A DNA stretch of 62,859 nt, filler included, from Rhabdomonas costata (GCA_019059605.1; 18 parts of 18 records of this genome joined end to end with filler, not necessarily neighbours in it); one strand, 5' to 3'; shown: positions 12,391-24,509, numbered from the whole stretch's first letter. Numbers and translations are program-made. The notes: a model not told the origin generated them from the sequence alone.

Positions 12391-13337
12391 CACTACTGGC
12401 CTGCCGCTGACCAGCTTAAGTGATCTGGAACTTTGCCGTCCACTTCTGAGGTGTGCTCTCTCTTCACGCTTGGGAACAGCTGGACGCGCTACTCAAACAC
12501 ATCGAGAAGTGGTCAATTGCTTGTACAATGTGTCCCAATCGTGCTGTTGCCAAGTTCCCGTGTTCAGTTTAGCAAGGAGTTCACCTGCTAACCACACGTG
12601 AGAGCCCTCGACCACCATTCCAGTACCACACACAAACTTGGATCAGATGAAAAACCCTTTTGCAATACCCCACATTAGGACTCAAAGATGTCAGATTCGG
12701 TTTAACATTTCGAACCTTGTTCAATAATAGTAAATAAATTCCGGTCATTTTTGATTTTGGTATTCAAAATCTGCAGGCAGGAAACTTTTACAAGATTGGA
12801 TTACACCACGCAGCTTTTACAGCGGGGGACGGCAAAATGCAGCAGAGCACCCAGCCAGAATCCAGCATGCTTCCAATACATTCTGTGCAGTTTTGTAGCA
12901 CGATGATGTAATTTTTAATTTTCCGTGATGTTTTCAGAAAAATCACGGAGGTCAACCTCTCACAGTGACTGGGATTTCATTGTTAGGGTGAGCGTGGGAT
13001 ATCATCCCCATATCATCCCCGGCATCACGCCAGAAGGGCACTAAGGAGGCAATTTCCCGAAGCCTTCTCTATGAAGAATGTGTGTGCCTGGGGTTTTCAT
13101 GCGCAGTACTCCTCCTTCAACTTCTGCACGATGTGAACTTATTAGTGGTTGATTTGCTGTCTTGATGCTCACTGCTTTTTTTTGCTCCTGAATGGACAGG
13201 AGATGACGCACAAAATATTTTATAACAGTCACATTGCTTAAAACCAAGATTTGGAATGTATTGCCAGGTTCTGGCTTATGTATTTGCCTTGACGGCTGTC
13301 CGATTTGCCTTATTGCAGTGGCCCCCGCTGTAGCAGG

Positions 13338-13565
13338 ATGCAATCGAAGTTCTTGGGATATTGGGTGACAAGCTTGGCCATTATGACTGCGCTGATTGTG
13401 CATGCGACCTACTTGCATTCACAATTTTACCCCACTGTAGTTTGGCTCACGACATCAAAAATCAGCCGAGTCTCGATCGCAAACACGACCTTTGTTGTAC
13501 TTTCAATGCTGGGGAATGTGATTAAATGGGTTTTTTTCGGAACCCTGAAGCCGAGTGAACTCGAG
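13338..13565 (+). CDS. HRD1: ERAD E3 ubiquitin ligase HRD1/synoviolin, first coding exon (3'-partial)
   Basis: MQSKFLGYWVTSLAIMTALIVHATYLHSQFYPTVVWLTTSKIS..N..FFGTLKPSELE matches the HRD1 N-terminus (QFYP, FFG.L...E.E). GT donor after 13565. Confidence 0.9.
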
Positions 13566-14008
13566 GTGTGTCTTTAAAAAACCTCCGCTCCTGTTTGCCT
13601 TATTTTTTCCCGCTGTCCCTAACAGCCTCCTTGCCTCCTAACCGTGTTGCTGATGAGGCTCTGTGCTTCCCCACGCAAGCCGCTGGCATCTTGCAGGGCG
13701 GGTTACGCATGTACTGGTTTGCCGCTTTGAGAAGAGCGCTCTTTAGTGCGATTCCGCAACCTGGTCCCAGGCGGACTGTCTACTCGTCTACCCACACAAA
13801 TCAAGTCATTTCTGGCTTTACGCACGACTTTTTGTTTCACGGCTTTGAAACGAACGCTAGTCCCGACCGCGTTATTCCGGTCTGGGGCAAAGGGTGACGC
13901 TGCTTTTCNNNNNNNNNNNNNNNNNNNNNNNNNNNNNNNNNNNNNNNNNNNNTTAATTAATTAANNNNNNNNNNNNNNNNNNNNNNNNNNNNNNNNNNNN
14001 NNNNNNNN

Positions 14009-14955
14009 CTTGTCATCATGGAACCACCACCGAGTCTGTTTCGGGCTCTGCCCTGTGGCGCGGCACTTGCTGACGTAGGCGTCGTTGTCTGCGGGGTGGT
14101 GGGCCACGTCCCGAGTGGCGCTGCTGAGCATGGAGTGGATCGAGAGGCAGACCGCGCTGATCGTGAGGGCGGGGGACCACTTGTCGTACAGGATGTCCAT
14201 ACAGATGTGGCCGTTACTGTAGATGTGCTGGTGCTGCGGGATGTCTGAGCCCACGAAGATCACCTCGGGGCTCTCAATGGGGTACTGCGGGGCAAACTTG
14301 AACTGCAGCTGAAACTGGTGCCTAGGAAGCAACCAGGGCGTGCATACACAACCAGGTGCCCATGAAAACATCGCCTCTTTACTCATCCCCAAGCAAGGCA
14401 AAAAAGACGCCTTTGTTGGCCGCTCAAAGCTGACCTACTGAAATCAGCATTAACGATGAAGTATGCTCATATGTCGGAGTATGTTACCAAAATAGATGCC
14501 TTTAACGCATCGCCGTAAACAATGAAAGTGTCTGAAGGAAGAAAAGTGAACGCTGAAACGGTGATTCTGGAGTCCACGAAAAACCGAATGCCGCTTACCA
14601 ACAAATGTCAACAGTAATCAGAGGTACTTGAAACTTACGTCATCGGAATCAGTAACACCGAAGTCCGAAGTCCAGCTTCCGATGGCGTACTTTCAATGAA
14701 ATCTTACCGCACCACATAATGCACAGCAACTGAACTTGTGCACTGAAGTTCCCATCTTAGAAAAAATAATGTGCACGTGACCCTGTCACTCCCCCATTTT
14801 CCCTACAACCCTGAGTAGATCGTGCCCGAGGGGAAGGTCAAGTTCACCACCCAGAGCATCCGGTCTGGAGACACCGTGTGGATTCGTACAAACGGGGACT
14901 CCGGGCTGGAGAGCATCCGCTCCTGCTCCTTCTGCAGCCGCTTCGACGCGGCCAT
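14009..14955 (-). CDS. UBE2W: Ubiquitin-conjugating enzyme E2 W (UBE2W/UBC16-like), 2 exons; stop lies just beyond the contig end
   Basis: Exon 14955-14810 (MAASKRLQKE...GTIYSG) and exon 14321-14009 (FKFAPQYPIESPEV..HQHIYSNGHICMDIL..WSPAL..SMLSS..TRWWFHDDK). HIYSNGHIC and WWFHDD are characteristic. Phase-2 GT-AG intron. Confidence 0.93.
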
Positions 14956-15248
14956 CGGGCAACGGAAAGGAAGGTAGTGATTCCGGGAAAAAGACAGCGG
15001 ATGCAAATGGCACTGTCCTCTCCGTTTAAGTAGAGGAGGTCAGGCGCCCCCAAGGGGGGGGGGCAACGTTTCAGGGGAGCAGTCAACAGAAACCACAATA
15101 CAACGCAAGCGATCTGTTGCAAAAAAAAAAACGGGAGTACTGCACACGTATGCCACGCCAGGTCCATGGTCAAGGTCCACCAGCCAGTCAACGCGGGAAA
15201 AATGCGAACAAAACACCGAAAGCAATAGTGCTGGCATTTGCACAGGAC

Positions 15249-15289
15249 GGAATGGAATGGAATGGAATGGAATTCCATGGGATGGAATG
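15249..15289 (+). repeat. (GGAAT)n pentanucleotide microsatellite
   Basis: Five perfect GGAAT units followed by degenerate units. Confidence 0.85.
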
Positions 15290-15891
15290 CCATGTTTCAC
15301 CATAAACTGGGACAACATGTGCTGAGCTCAACGCCCGGATCACCATTCTAAGAAGCAGTAGGATCACCACAAATTCTTTTCTGGATTGCAGCGCCAAAAA
15401 ATGTGAAAGCTGTCGAATTCAGATGGTTGATGTCATAGGGATTCATACCAACGGCTCATCGATGGAGAAAGTGCGAATGAGCGCAGAGCAAGGTGAGAAA
15501 CTTGCATCACGACAGCGTATTCAGCACAAGGCAGTTTGGCAGTGCCTTACCATCACAGTTCCGGTTCGGCACAGCTCTGAGAAAAGGGGGAGGCCGCAAG
15601 CGCTGGCCCAGGGGCGGCGGGGCCTGACCCCTGTGCCCCTGGGCATCCCCCAAACAAATTTACAGCGCGTTCCTCTCGATGCTCTATCTATCGCAACTCC
15701 TCACAAACGCCCTCAGAAAACAAAAAATAGAGCCGCAAACGACAGCCAGCTCAGCAGGCGCGAACTCTAAAGGGGGGAGGTGTACAATACTCCAGAGGAG
15801 AAGGCCCGACCCCCCGAAAATCCCCAAAGGAAAAACAAAGCTCGGGGGTGGACACTGTTTGCAGCCCTGAGGCACGAGGCGCGCCGCTCTC

Positions 15892-16566
15892 TTACAGGAT
15901 CACACAGCAGTTCATCTCCAGCCGAGAAAGCCTGCACCTGGAGAGGTGCTCGCTTAAGGTGGTCACCTGGGGAGTCCTGCCTGGGGGCTCCTGCTCCATC
16001 TGAAATGGCACCGAACCGAGCTCCTCCGGCGGCAGGGCGACCCCTCCAGAAGGCTCCCGCACTGGGGAGAGCTGCTGGTGGCTCGCCGCCCGGGATGGCA
16101 GGGAGCCCAGAGCCTCGAGGATGGTCCCCGAGGCTGGCGGAGCTCGGGGCGGAGAGACCTCTTCCCCCTTGCCCTCGGGAGAGATGGAGGCGGTGCACGA
16201 CCGACTCAGCCCTGGCTCCTTGAGGTCCGGGGAGGCCACCGTTGAGGGCCGGCGAGGAGGGGAGTCCTCCATCAGCAGCCCCGCTGAGGTGTTTTCCGAG
16301 GAGAAGGGGGGCTGGCTGCAGACGGACATGGTGTCGCTGGCCGCGGTAGGGTTGTGGATCTCTGAGCTCACTGCGGCGAGCAGGGCGTGACCGGGGCGGT
16401 GCTTGGCGAAGGCTGAGGCCCTGTGGTGGGAGCTCACCAACCGGGCCAGGGAGGAGGTGGGGCGCGGGGGAAGGGAGACGGAGGAGCGCCGGGAGGACAC
16501 CGGAGAGGAGCCTGCCAAGGAGTCTGTGGTGTCCTGCTCCAGCTGTTCTGGTGCAGGCGAGGCCAT
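15892..16566 (-). CDS. Intronless Ser/Pro-rich disordered protein ending in CCVIL (CaaX prenylation motif)
   Basis: 224-aa GC-rich ORF MASPAPEQLE...LSRLEMNCCVIL*. CaaL-type end with an adjacent second Cys. Confidence 0.65.
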   Translation of the reverse strand: MASPAPEQLEQDTTDSLAGSSPVSSRRSSVSLPPRPTSSLARLVSSHHRASAFAKHRPGHALLAAVSSEIHNPTAASDTMSVCSQPPFSSENTSAGLLMEDSPPRRPSTVASPDLKEPGLSRSCTASISPEGKGEEVSPPRAPPASGTILEALGSLPSRAASHQQLSPVREPSGGVALPPEELGSVPFQMEQEPPGRTPQVTTLSEHLSRCRLSRLEMNCCVIL

Positions 16567-17339
16567 GAGGATTGGTTTGTTTTGAACACAAAAAAATGGG
16601 GGTAATACCGTTACAGGGTGAACAGAAAAAGTGCTGCACAGAAAACACAAGACCCAAACCTCAACTTCAGAGTTCAAAGCTGAACATCACAACCCAGCAA
16701 GCAGCAAGCGAGGTGGAGAGGATAGATTTTGGGCCTTGGGCAACTCAGTCCAACTAACCTGAGTTCGTTGCTTGGAAGGACGAATGGCAGCCAAAAGAAT
16801 CGCGTAACTTGCGAAAACACCACCGCCAATTCTTTGGCAAAACACTCAAAGCTTTCCGTTAAGATATCCCCTCGTATCACCTGTCACCAAAACAAAACCG
16901 GGACAGCGAGAAGGAAACGTCAGTTACACAGACTCCCCACCGCACACCACAGCCCCATCAGCTCGTATATAGGGGCTCATCACCCTGCTGCCGGAAAGTC
17001 GGTGAAAGCACACCCCATGAATACCACACCCGCCTTCTTTGCCATACTTCAAATGTCAATTAATCACCAGAAGTGCTCTTGTAGTACTCTTTCACAGGTC
17101 AACAACTGACGTTCTATCACAAGTAAGTGAAAAACGCCTTACCAACCGATTTGAGAGAAGAAAAAAATAGTCTCCGTGTCATACTGAGCCCAAGAACTAG
17201 AACTGAAACATCACACACAGAATGAGTGAGACCGGCGAACAAGGACGAAGGCCAGGCTTATGGGATTTGCACTCAAATCTATAAGATAAGGCTGGAGAAG
17301 AGGAAGCCGCAAACGCTTGTATTTTCGATGTTTGATTGA

Positions 17340-17402
17340 TTGTAGCCCACATCCAAGGAGGTATGGCTCAAGGAGGCATACCTCCTTGGATGTGGGCTAC
17401 AA
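17340..17402. repeat. Perfect 26-bp inverted repeat (hairpin)
   Basis: TTGTAGCCCACATCCAAGGAGGTATG, 11-nt spacer, CATACCTCCTTGGATGTGGGCTACAA. Confidence 0.95.
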
Positions 17403-17529
17403 CCAACANNNNNNNNNNNNNNNNNNNNNNNNNNNNNNNNNNNNNNNNNNNNTTAATTAATTAANNNNNNNNNNNNNNNNNNNNNNNNNNNNNNNNNNNN
17501 NNNNNNNNGTGTTGGGTGTGGTTGGTGGT

Positions 17530-18290
17530 GTTTGTGACCAAAGGAAGGGCCCGCGACTTTGGTGGGCTGTCAGACTCCTCCGGGCTCAATGTCCAAGGCC
17601 GCAAGGATCCCAATGCAGGAAGACAGCCCCATTCCGGGTGACAGTTATCAAGCGCCCCAGGTGGCTGCAAATAATGCCGTTCCAGCAATTGACCCCGCGA
17701 CCATCAGAAAATGTCTCCAACTCCCCTTGGCCGATTGGTGGGCCTTCGTGCTTCCGCAATTTGAACATGAGCCAGTGCTTAAAAGCTGGTGGAGCAAGGG
17801 CGGATGGAGTGCTTCAATGTGTTTGATCGTTTGTTAATACTCTCATTATGGGTTCATTTTCTCCAGGCATTGCTCGCATCATTTGCGCTGCATTCTCATC
17901 TTCGGGAAAACCATTTTTCTCTTAGAGGGAACAGCCTACGCGCCAAAGCACAAGGCTCAGCCTGTCCTCAGACCTGCGGGACTTTGTTCGTATCTGTCGT
18001 TTTGCACTCGCTCATTAACTCACTCTCTTCTCCTTGTATCCACGGCATGCGATGGTACCTAGCTGAAGGCCTGATCTGTGGATCTGCCTCTCACTTGAAT
18101 TGCGCCCTGCATACACTTTTCAAAAAAGTGCATCGGCTGGGACTGCACCTCAATATAACTAAGTGCTAGTTTTGGGCTCCTCAGGCCAGGTCCTTAGTGT
18201 GTCTAGTGATGGAACCCAGCAGTACTTCAGACTTACATCACATTTGCGTGAGATAGACCTCGTTAGGTTCACCTCTAAGGGGCTTTTAGG
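17530..18290 (+). mobile_element. Second CRE-clade non-LTR retrotransposon relic (reverse transcriptase domain)
   Basis: Colinear degenerate RT motifs: WPIGGPSCFRNL..SQCL, ECFNVFDRLLIL (NAFN..DR), KAQG..CGTLFVSVVLHSLI (QQGDPLG.LLF.L.LH), RWYLAEGLICG (WYLDDG), ALHTLFKKVHRLGLHLNITKC*FW (LGL.LN..KC) and LGSPL. Confidence 0.8.
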
Positions 18291-18970
18291 GTAGATTTTC
18301 AGCCATTTCAGCCCATTTGTTTTGGCTGCTTTTTGGACTGCCACAATTCCTTTTGTTCTAATTTAGGCCCCTACGGTGAGTGAGAAAATGCCGGCACGGT
18401 AGTTTTGTCTTGTAGAAGGAGCATAATAATGGGGGTAAACCTTCACATCAATTTGGTAACGCCGTAGGCTACACTAAAAGTTGAATTGAAGTAAATCTAT
18501 TGGAATTTTGCCTCCAATTAATATGACAAAACTCTAAATAAAAATGGGCTTAAAATGTACAATAATTCTGTATCTCGTTACCCCATTTCCCAGCCGGTCA
18601 ATGTTGGTCCCGAAAAAGTGCAGTACCGGGAGGACATACTAACACCATACTTTCCGATCCAATATTGACAATACGTGGGCACAGGGTTAGAATTTTTGGT
18701 GAAAAATGCCCTAAAATGGGGCAAATCCAAGCAAAGTTGGTCAGAAATGGGCAAAAACAGGCGAAAAACGAGCCCAAAATATGGCCCAGGCGCCATTGTC
18801 GGCGGAAGTGGAGTATTTTCAAAACGCTTCATGGTAACTAATTATTATCGGGAGGGAACAGGACCTGAGAAGCGTTTGCACGCGAGAAGGTGTGTTATTG
18901 TCAAATTTTTACACAGTGATGGACCCTTTTTAAATCGAGTTTTGTCAGCTACGTTCTGACGGTAGCCAGG

Positions 18971-20430
18971 TTGCAAGCTTCCTGCAGTCGTGTTCTTTCC
19001 CAAAGTTTCAAATATACCAACAACGCATTTATTAAACGCCCCCGTTTCTACACAATTAAATTGAGGGCTCTGATAACGTTTCATTACATTTATCAACGGT
19101 CTATATCAAAGCGGATTTGTAATACATCCAGAGACACACAAACAACCAGTACACTCTGCCCATACCTAACACTTTTCTTACAGCACTACTTGCAATGTGA
19201 CCAATTTCGTGCACTACATACTTGCTTGCATCTGGTCCATAGTCCTTTGTCATTCCAAACGCATCTCAGTGAGTCATTCTTTAAGTCTCACTGAATTTAT
19301 AGCACTCTGAACCTGCTCTTTGGAACTATTTGATATCCACTTTAATCCGCTTTTTGTCGCACTGATTTCAGTTTACGATTTTATGCCCCACTGATGAGCA
19401 GTTTTATTTACCAAATCAGGGTTTACAATAATCAAACCTGGCTCCTGACTTCTCCATCAACACTTTATAAGAGTGATCAATAAATCCGATGCTTCTGAGT
19501 CTACCAATGATCTGAATTGCAGTTCTACTAAAATTTACTGCCGCAACTTTGTCACCGGCTTTCAAGAATGCAGTGCTCCACAAAAAAGTCGCGTCCAAAC
19601 CTAATCGTGTCCAAATCCATCTGTGAATCTAATGAGGTCACTCATCTGGCCAACTCTTAATCTGAAATTTCCGCAAAAACATGGGGGTGTGAGTCTTGGC
19701 TTCCTGAAATACTATTAGGCGTAAATTACCTCCGCAAAAGTCTGGGGTCGATTTGCAATTACATTGTGTGTATATCACTCTCAGGTCCGCTTACAAAATG
19801 ATACAACAGAATGGCATATTTGTCGAACTTTTTCCACTTCAACCGATTCACCACAGTAATGAATTGCTGGTTCTAAAATAGTAAATTTCCTCCCACCATT
19901 TTGACTTCTCCAAACGCCACACAACACTTCAAATACAGGTCTTTGGGCGCCAACGTTGCTCAGTGCGTCTTTCAAAAGAACCAAGCGCTGCAGTGTGTAC
20001 AAAATTGCCAGTTTGTTAAAATTTGTTTAACATTTTTGAACTCCACAAATGCGATCAGCCAAGGCAAGACGTTTCAGTCGTAATTCGGAAACTATGGGTC
20101 ATTCTCATGCATTTTTCTCGGCACTTCTCCGAGTTTTTACTGGTCACCTGGCAACAATTTGTTGTCGTTTTACTGTAAATTTTATGCAAAATGCAGCCTT
20201 TGCGCAAGCGAAGAACAATTTTTGCGCTTGTTTGATGCTGAAACTTACACTGTCGGAACATCCCAGCCATCAAATGGACAAATTCTTGATGCTACGTCAA
20301 ATGTGGCCGACCAGTTGGCTGGTATCACTCGAAGTCTTGATAAGAAGATGTCGAGCCGAAATGGTGCATTGGGTTTTCCTGAACACTCCACAACATACGA
20401 ATCTTTCTCAAAAAAATTCCTCCTAGATTT
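18971..20430 (+). mobile_element. Highly degenerate L1/Tx1-like LINE relic (RT to C-terminal Zn finger)
   Basis: Scattered colinear motifs NNAFIKRPR (Q.AFIKGR), HFNPLFVALI, KHGGVSLGFLKYY (K..GGLGL) and AKCSLCASEEQ (CCHC start). Many stops and frameshifts. Confidence 0.42.
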
Positions 20431-21418
20431 CCTTTGGTCTTTCTGCCGGGCTTTTCAAGGAAGGACCTCGGACGGCATACGGTGCCCCTTCCTGGTTCAC
20501 ATGCATCTGGCAAACGAAAAGCGAAAGGGGGGTGGACTAGCCTACAGTTCCCTTTTACCGCCCTGCCAAGAGCAAAGGCACAAAACCAAAACACAGCACC
20601 GCCGCACCCACACATTGTGCCAGTGTCAAGCACCAGAGCGATTCTGGAACACCGCAGCTTTTTCCGGAGAGGAAAATCCAAGGAGATCACCTCATTCTGG
20701 CCTTGGCTGCCAAAAACATTCTATCGCATTTGCCGGCCAATCAATCGCCGCTATATCAAACCAAATTTATCGACATCCTGCTCAATTACTTGCTGCTATA
20801 TCTTCCCTCGCTTTGCTGCGCTTTTCTTTCTCTCACAGCCCGTGTTCTCACGCCAATCTCCTTTTCGGCCTTGTCCTTCCGTTCGCCCTCCGCCGGTTTG
20901 TTGGTATTTCNNNNNNNNNNNNNNNNNNNNNNNNNNNNNNNNNNNNNNNNNNNNTTAATTAATTAANNNNNNNNNNNNNNNNNNNNNNNNNNNNNNNNNN
21001 NNNNNNNNNNGTGTGTTGGGTACGCTACAATCAACCTCCCACCTCGCATGAACGTTCAAAAACCCCAACAATCCCGCCCGCCGGCAAACATCTCAATTAT
21101 AACAGAACAGTTGCTAAAACTGAGAGCATAAATTTTTACCTAAAAGCAATTTATGGATTTTATTACGAAACAATAGAAAAGAATATACTGAAATGGGACA
21201 TCACCTCCCCACTTTGCTTCGGTGCGTAGTTGTTTCACATGCTTCCTAATTGGATGTCAAAATTCTTACTTTTGATGTGAGGCGGGCCATAAGAAAGCTC
21301 ACTCCCACAGCATTTGCAGCAGGGAATTATGCCGAGAATTCCGCCCTGCCTGGCAACGAAAATGAGCGACACTTCCGCGCCGCAGAGTGAGCACGCCAGA
21401 CTTGCCACTGCTCCGCAC

Positions 21419-24227
21419 CTGGCCCTGGCGGTCCAAATCAACCACGACAAAGTCCACAATCGGACCCAAGTTGGTGAAGCTGTCGACGGGCTCCACTGTG
21501 GGGGGCCCACCTGGGGCAGAGCACAAATAGAAAGCGCATGCGTAGGAAACGACATGGTCTCAGGCAGGGAAGACATTGACTGCGCTGTCTAAGATGCAAG
21601 ACAATGATCTTTAAAATAAATCAAAAAGGGTGACTGTGTCCCCCTACAAAAAAGCTAAATATGTCTGTTAGCGGGGGAGTGGGGGGACGGGCAGCAGATT
21701 TGATTATGGCCATGTAACAGTCACTTACTCTCGTGGGCAAGGGTGGGATACCCATTCAGGACAACGTCCCAGTGTTGGGCATAGGGAGGAGTTTCTTTTG
21801 GGCGGTTTCCTCGGGCAGGCGGAGGGTCCCTGCCTGTTCTGTGGTGAGCCGCATGCTGAAAGCAGTGCTATGGGACCTTCTGCGCAAGCTTACCGGGGAA
21901 CCAAGCAGTGATGATGTGGGGTCGGAGCAAAAGCCACTCCCGGAGCCACACACCTGTGTCGGGGTGGGTCAGCCGAAGAAGCTGGGAGTCGGTGAAACAG
22001 CCCCCGACGAAGAGAAGCCCACTGCCCAGGTAGCACAGGCAGGACGGGATGACAGTCTGCAGACCAAGGGAAGCCAATTCAGGGCGAAGACGAGTTGAGT
22101 CAGGAGTATTAGGCCACCAACTCTGCCTTTGTTGGTTATCTGCGGGGAAATTTTATAGGAATGCGATCATTTAATGGCGCGGGTCTCGTTACAAGTGAGA
22201 ATAACAGCTGACGCGATAATTCTGCGAAAAACGGCCACTAGGTGAGATGTAATGACGCTTAAAACCCGTCTTAAGGTCCGGAAAATGCCTGAAATTTGCA
22301 CGTTCACTCGCCAACACGCGACGAAAATATGCCATAATACCGCCTTTTCCTGGTACGCGCGGATTCCTGTACCAACAGCCAGACTGTTGATTTCCTCACC
22401 AGACTTCTTGACCAGGAACATCGCCTGTCTGGCTGTTGGTACAGGAATCCGCGCGTACCAGGAAAATATGCCATAATACCGCCTTTTCCTGGTACGCGCG
22501 GATTCCTGTACCAACAGCCAGACTGTTGATTTCCTCACCAGACTTCTTGACCAGGAACATCGCCTGTCAGCTGAAAAAAACGTCCTTTAGTCCTCCTTAA
22601 GTGTACAGCCAAAAAAGGGTTGAAATGGCATGGCGCTGGTAAAGCACATCCGAATGGCACAGGAACGAGCTTCCGGAGGACACGTCTGGAAGGATTCTGA
22701 AGGAACCTCTGCAATGGTGGTGGTCTGCAAACTGACAGAGGCGTCCACTAGCTCCAAGGTCAGCAGGAAGAGCCGACCCAGCTCGTCGCCAAGAAGGAAC
22801 CTGCGGTGATAGCAGGGCGATGGGCGATATGCGAAAAACCAAGCTCACCATAATATCTGCTCCAGGTTGCAACGTCAGCGTGTGGTAGTTCAGTGTGCAG
22901 CATAATAAATAGCCGGAAGGGTGTACCAAGTGCCAGCCTTGTATGCACACATCTTGGTTTCGGTCTCGGTTGGTCGGTTCACGCGCGTGAAGTGCCATGA
23001 GAGGAAAAAATTATAGAAAAGTGAAAGAGAAAGATTGCAATGCAACAACCTTTGGGGACGCCAAAAATCGGAACCCATCAAGGTCGAGGGACAGAAAGCA
23101 TACCGGTGGGAATCCACGGCACAGCTGGCACGGATTTGGGCGGAGGTGTCGGCGCCAGAGCGCGTCCTCCAGCGCGTGGAACGGGTGCTGGAGCCGCTGT
23201 GGTAGGTCACCAACTCCTCCCCCACAATCAGAAGCCCTCCACAGGGAAGCGTGACCTGAAAAAACCCCAAGTGAGAATGTTAACTTTTGGAGTCAAGTTT
23301 CTGCACAGCGCTCCGACGGGTTTGCTCACTTAAGAAAGTACAAGACGGTGCACACTCAACAGTGAGTGACTGAATATTTTAGATACAGTCAAAATTCACA
23401 AAATTCACACTAGGAGCACACAGATAGATGACCCAAAGTACTGAGAATAAAACAAAAAAAAGCAACCGTCCGAACAGAATCATTCATGACCACCGTGCAA
23501 CAGGACCAAAAACAGGTAATTTTCAGTCACGGTCATGATGGTAACCCGCCCTACTGATGAAACCGACGGACCAGGAAGCTGTCAATGTCATATCCAAAAG
23601 AACAAAGCCGCGTGGTTCCAAGCGCGCACCGGCAAAAGCATGTTCGCAGTGCTCTCCACGTTGCTCTGCGAGAAGGGTCCGTCCAGCAGGTCCTTCTCCT
23701 CCACAGCAACGATGTAAGTGTTGGGGTGGCTGCAAAGGGACCATGGGTGGGCGCGCGGACGAGTTCAGTGAACTACCACTAAGAATTTGAAGGGGCGATC
23801 TCCTGAACAACCATAGAAAGCCCATATACAAGAAAGGAGGCGAGGTGCGACATGAAATGAGAGAATATTGGTAGGACAGTTCCCTAACAGGGCCGTTGGA
23901 AACCGGCCCACGCAGGCTGTTAGCCACGGGTGCTCGCGAGAGGTACCTTCGACTCCGACGCCCAGCGTTCCGCATTCGGCAACCTTCCTTCTGCCCTACA
24001 TGTGTGTAAGTGTGCTGTTGACGTGCCGGTTTCGCTTGCTGTCCTCAAAGAGCACAGCGATGATGTGGGGCCCCGAGGAAGCGCCCGAGGAGGACGAGGA
24101 TGAGGAGGAGGACGGCGCCCCGGGGGCCTCGAAGGCAGAGGTGGAGGACGCGCCCGAGGGGGTGTAGGCGTAGCCCCCAGACGCAAGCTTGACGTAGCAC
24201 ATGTCAATCAGCCGCAGCTCTTCAACT
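21419..24227 (-). CDS. DDB1: DNA damage-binding protein 1, internal fragment, 6 exons
   Basis: Exons encode RVEELRLIDMCYV..IAVLFED..RH; TYIVAVEEKDLLDGPFSQSNVESTANMLLP; VTLPCGGLLIVGEELVTY; RFLLGDELGRLFLL; TVIPSCLCYLGSGLLFVG..DSQLLRL; and SFTNLGPIVDFVVVDLDRQGQ, all colinear with DDB1. Confidence 0.95.
22323..22568. repeat. Direct-inverted-direct duplication inside a DDB1 intron
   Basis: 107-bp exact direct repeat (22323-22429 and 22462-22568) bridged by a 40-bp inverted copy (22427-22466 is the reverse complement of 22345-22384). Confidence 0.95.
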
Positions 24228-24509
24228 CTGGCGAACGAAAAGATGCACACACACAATTCGGAAAAACGGTTCAAGGCAAGAAACAATTCCAGTCCGCAGC
24301 GCGAGGGAACAAACACAATTACCGTCCTGCCGCTAGAGTTCACAAATCAGCACCCGTCAGGGTGGAGGTATTATCTTGGTCTAAGGTCACATTCAGAGTA
24401 TACCCACCCNNNNNNNNNNNNNNNNNNNNNNNNNNNNNNNNNNNNNNNNNNNNTTAATTAATTAANNNNNNNNNNNNNNNNNNNNNNNNNNNNNNNNNNN
24501 NNNNNNNNN

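Noticed and set aside
15767-16657. Long overlapping alternative-frame and antisense ORFs (also 29878-30417, 1961-2551, 58542-59148, 33392-34090)
   Set aside because: Most are shadows of GC-rich coding or low-complexity sequence, and none shows a family motif.
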